Origin: Heterodontus francisci
Lineage: Eukaryota
DNA length: 64,000 nt
Direction of reading: 5' to 3'
NCBI RefSeq assembly: GCF_036365525.1
Contig: NC_090405.1
Span: 55,530,308-55,594,307, forward strand
Part shown: piece by piece, positions 63,088-64,000 of the stretch
Layout: each line of letters begins with the position of its first letter
Numbering within the stretch: the first letter of the stretch is position 1
The notes under the pieces: generated by a model
What the model saw: only the letters and a program-made list of their open reading frames with translations
Told to the model about the DNA's origin: nothing
Databases searched by the model: none
Made by a program: the position numbers and the translations under genes

Positions 63088-63768
63088 ACATGGATGGACA
63101 CGCAGCAAACAGTCCATTTAGGCGGGGTATCTTCTCTTGGTGCACGGATGCTGATGGCTGTGAAGGCCAATCCTTGAGAGGCGGTTCTGCCACAAGTGCT
63201 GCAAGTGAAGCTGCCAAGTGACACTGTGAGTTGTTGTTTTTGATGTTGGTGCCTGTTGCCAAGCTGCTGTAGCAACTGTGGTAGTGCACACCAGCCCAGA
63301 GGATGTGGTGCCATTTCCCTCTTTCGTCAGCTACTTGACTCCCAGGTGATAGTCGACATTTAGGGCCCTCATGTCACGTATGCAAGGATCTTTGAAGCAG
63401 AGCTTTGGGTGCCCCGGCTACCTCACCATACAGGTAGTCCTTGGATATGTGACCGTCTTCTATCCTGCGGACGTGTCTGATTTACCAAAGCCGCCTCTTT
63501 TTGATTAGTGCCAACACACTTGGGAGCTCTGTCTTTGAGAGGACTGCTGCATTTGTGATTTTGTCCTGCCAGGGTATACCCATAATGCATCGCAGACAGC
63601 GAAGATGGAAATTATTGAGCTTCTTTTCCTGGTAGCTGAAAGTCACCCATGTTTCACAACCATACAGCAAGGTGCTGAGAACACAGGCCTTATAAACCAT
63701 TAGCTTGGTGCTATTCCATGCACGCTTCACAAGTCGGCCAAAGGTGGTAGCTGCTTTCCCTATGCATG
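63088..63768 (-). mobile_element. RTE LINE 3' fragment
   Basis: VYKACVLSTLLYGCETW...FHLRCLRCIMGIPWQDKITN and C-terminal FTCSTCGR. Confidence 0.88.
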
Positions 63769-64000
63769 TTATTATGAAAGTGCTTCCATTTTTTAAAAAT
63801 ATGTTTTGAGGACCCGTGTTTAAAAATTGTGGAAATTGGATTCATTTGAAAGACTGAAGAGATTACACAGATGCTGGACTTTTTTTTTTAAACAGGTCAC
63901 TGGAAGGACTTTGGGACTTTGTTTAAAAACACACTTACTGGAAGTCACATGTCTTAAGCTAAGTAAACAGCAGGAGCCTTCTGACTAGGGGAGTTGTTTA

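Noticed and set aside
58295-64000. Preceding NEO1 exon (Ig3 N-terminal half)
   Set aside because: Not recognised; the region is mostly CR1, L2-like and RTE fragments.

Overview
Vertebrate genomic DNA, most likely from a shark or other cartilaginous fish given the repeat families. The window lies inside a neogenin (NEO1) gene on the minus strand. I traced 17 consecutive GT-AG exons with compatible phases from 58294 down to 6404. They correspond to human exons ~5-21 (numbering by homology, from memory) and encode the end of Ig3, Ig4, FN1-FN6 and the 33-nt juxtamembrane exon. Two in-frame 60-nt alternative 3' splice sites are present, in the Ig4-FN1 and FN4-FN5 linkers. The introns are full of CR1, L2-like and RTE LINE fragments, SINEs, Penelope-type fragments with minimal hammerhead motifs, MITE-like elements and about nine minisatellite arrays; the long ORFs in the track come from these repeats. 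Best candidates for something new: (1) an L2/CR1-group LINE whose 5' end is a tRNA-derived A/B-box head, whose sense strand has no T4 run, and which appears here as a deletion series down to a SINE; (2) an intronic inverted repeat with a ~98%-identical core inside diverged flanks next to exon 6; (3) a 20-aa, DCC-length FN4-FN5 linker insert, with very long AG-exclusion zones at all three putatively regulated acceptors; (4) a 33-bp minisatellite expanded inside a SINE. All coordinates and counts were read by eye and repeat boundaries are approximate.
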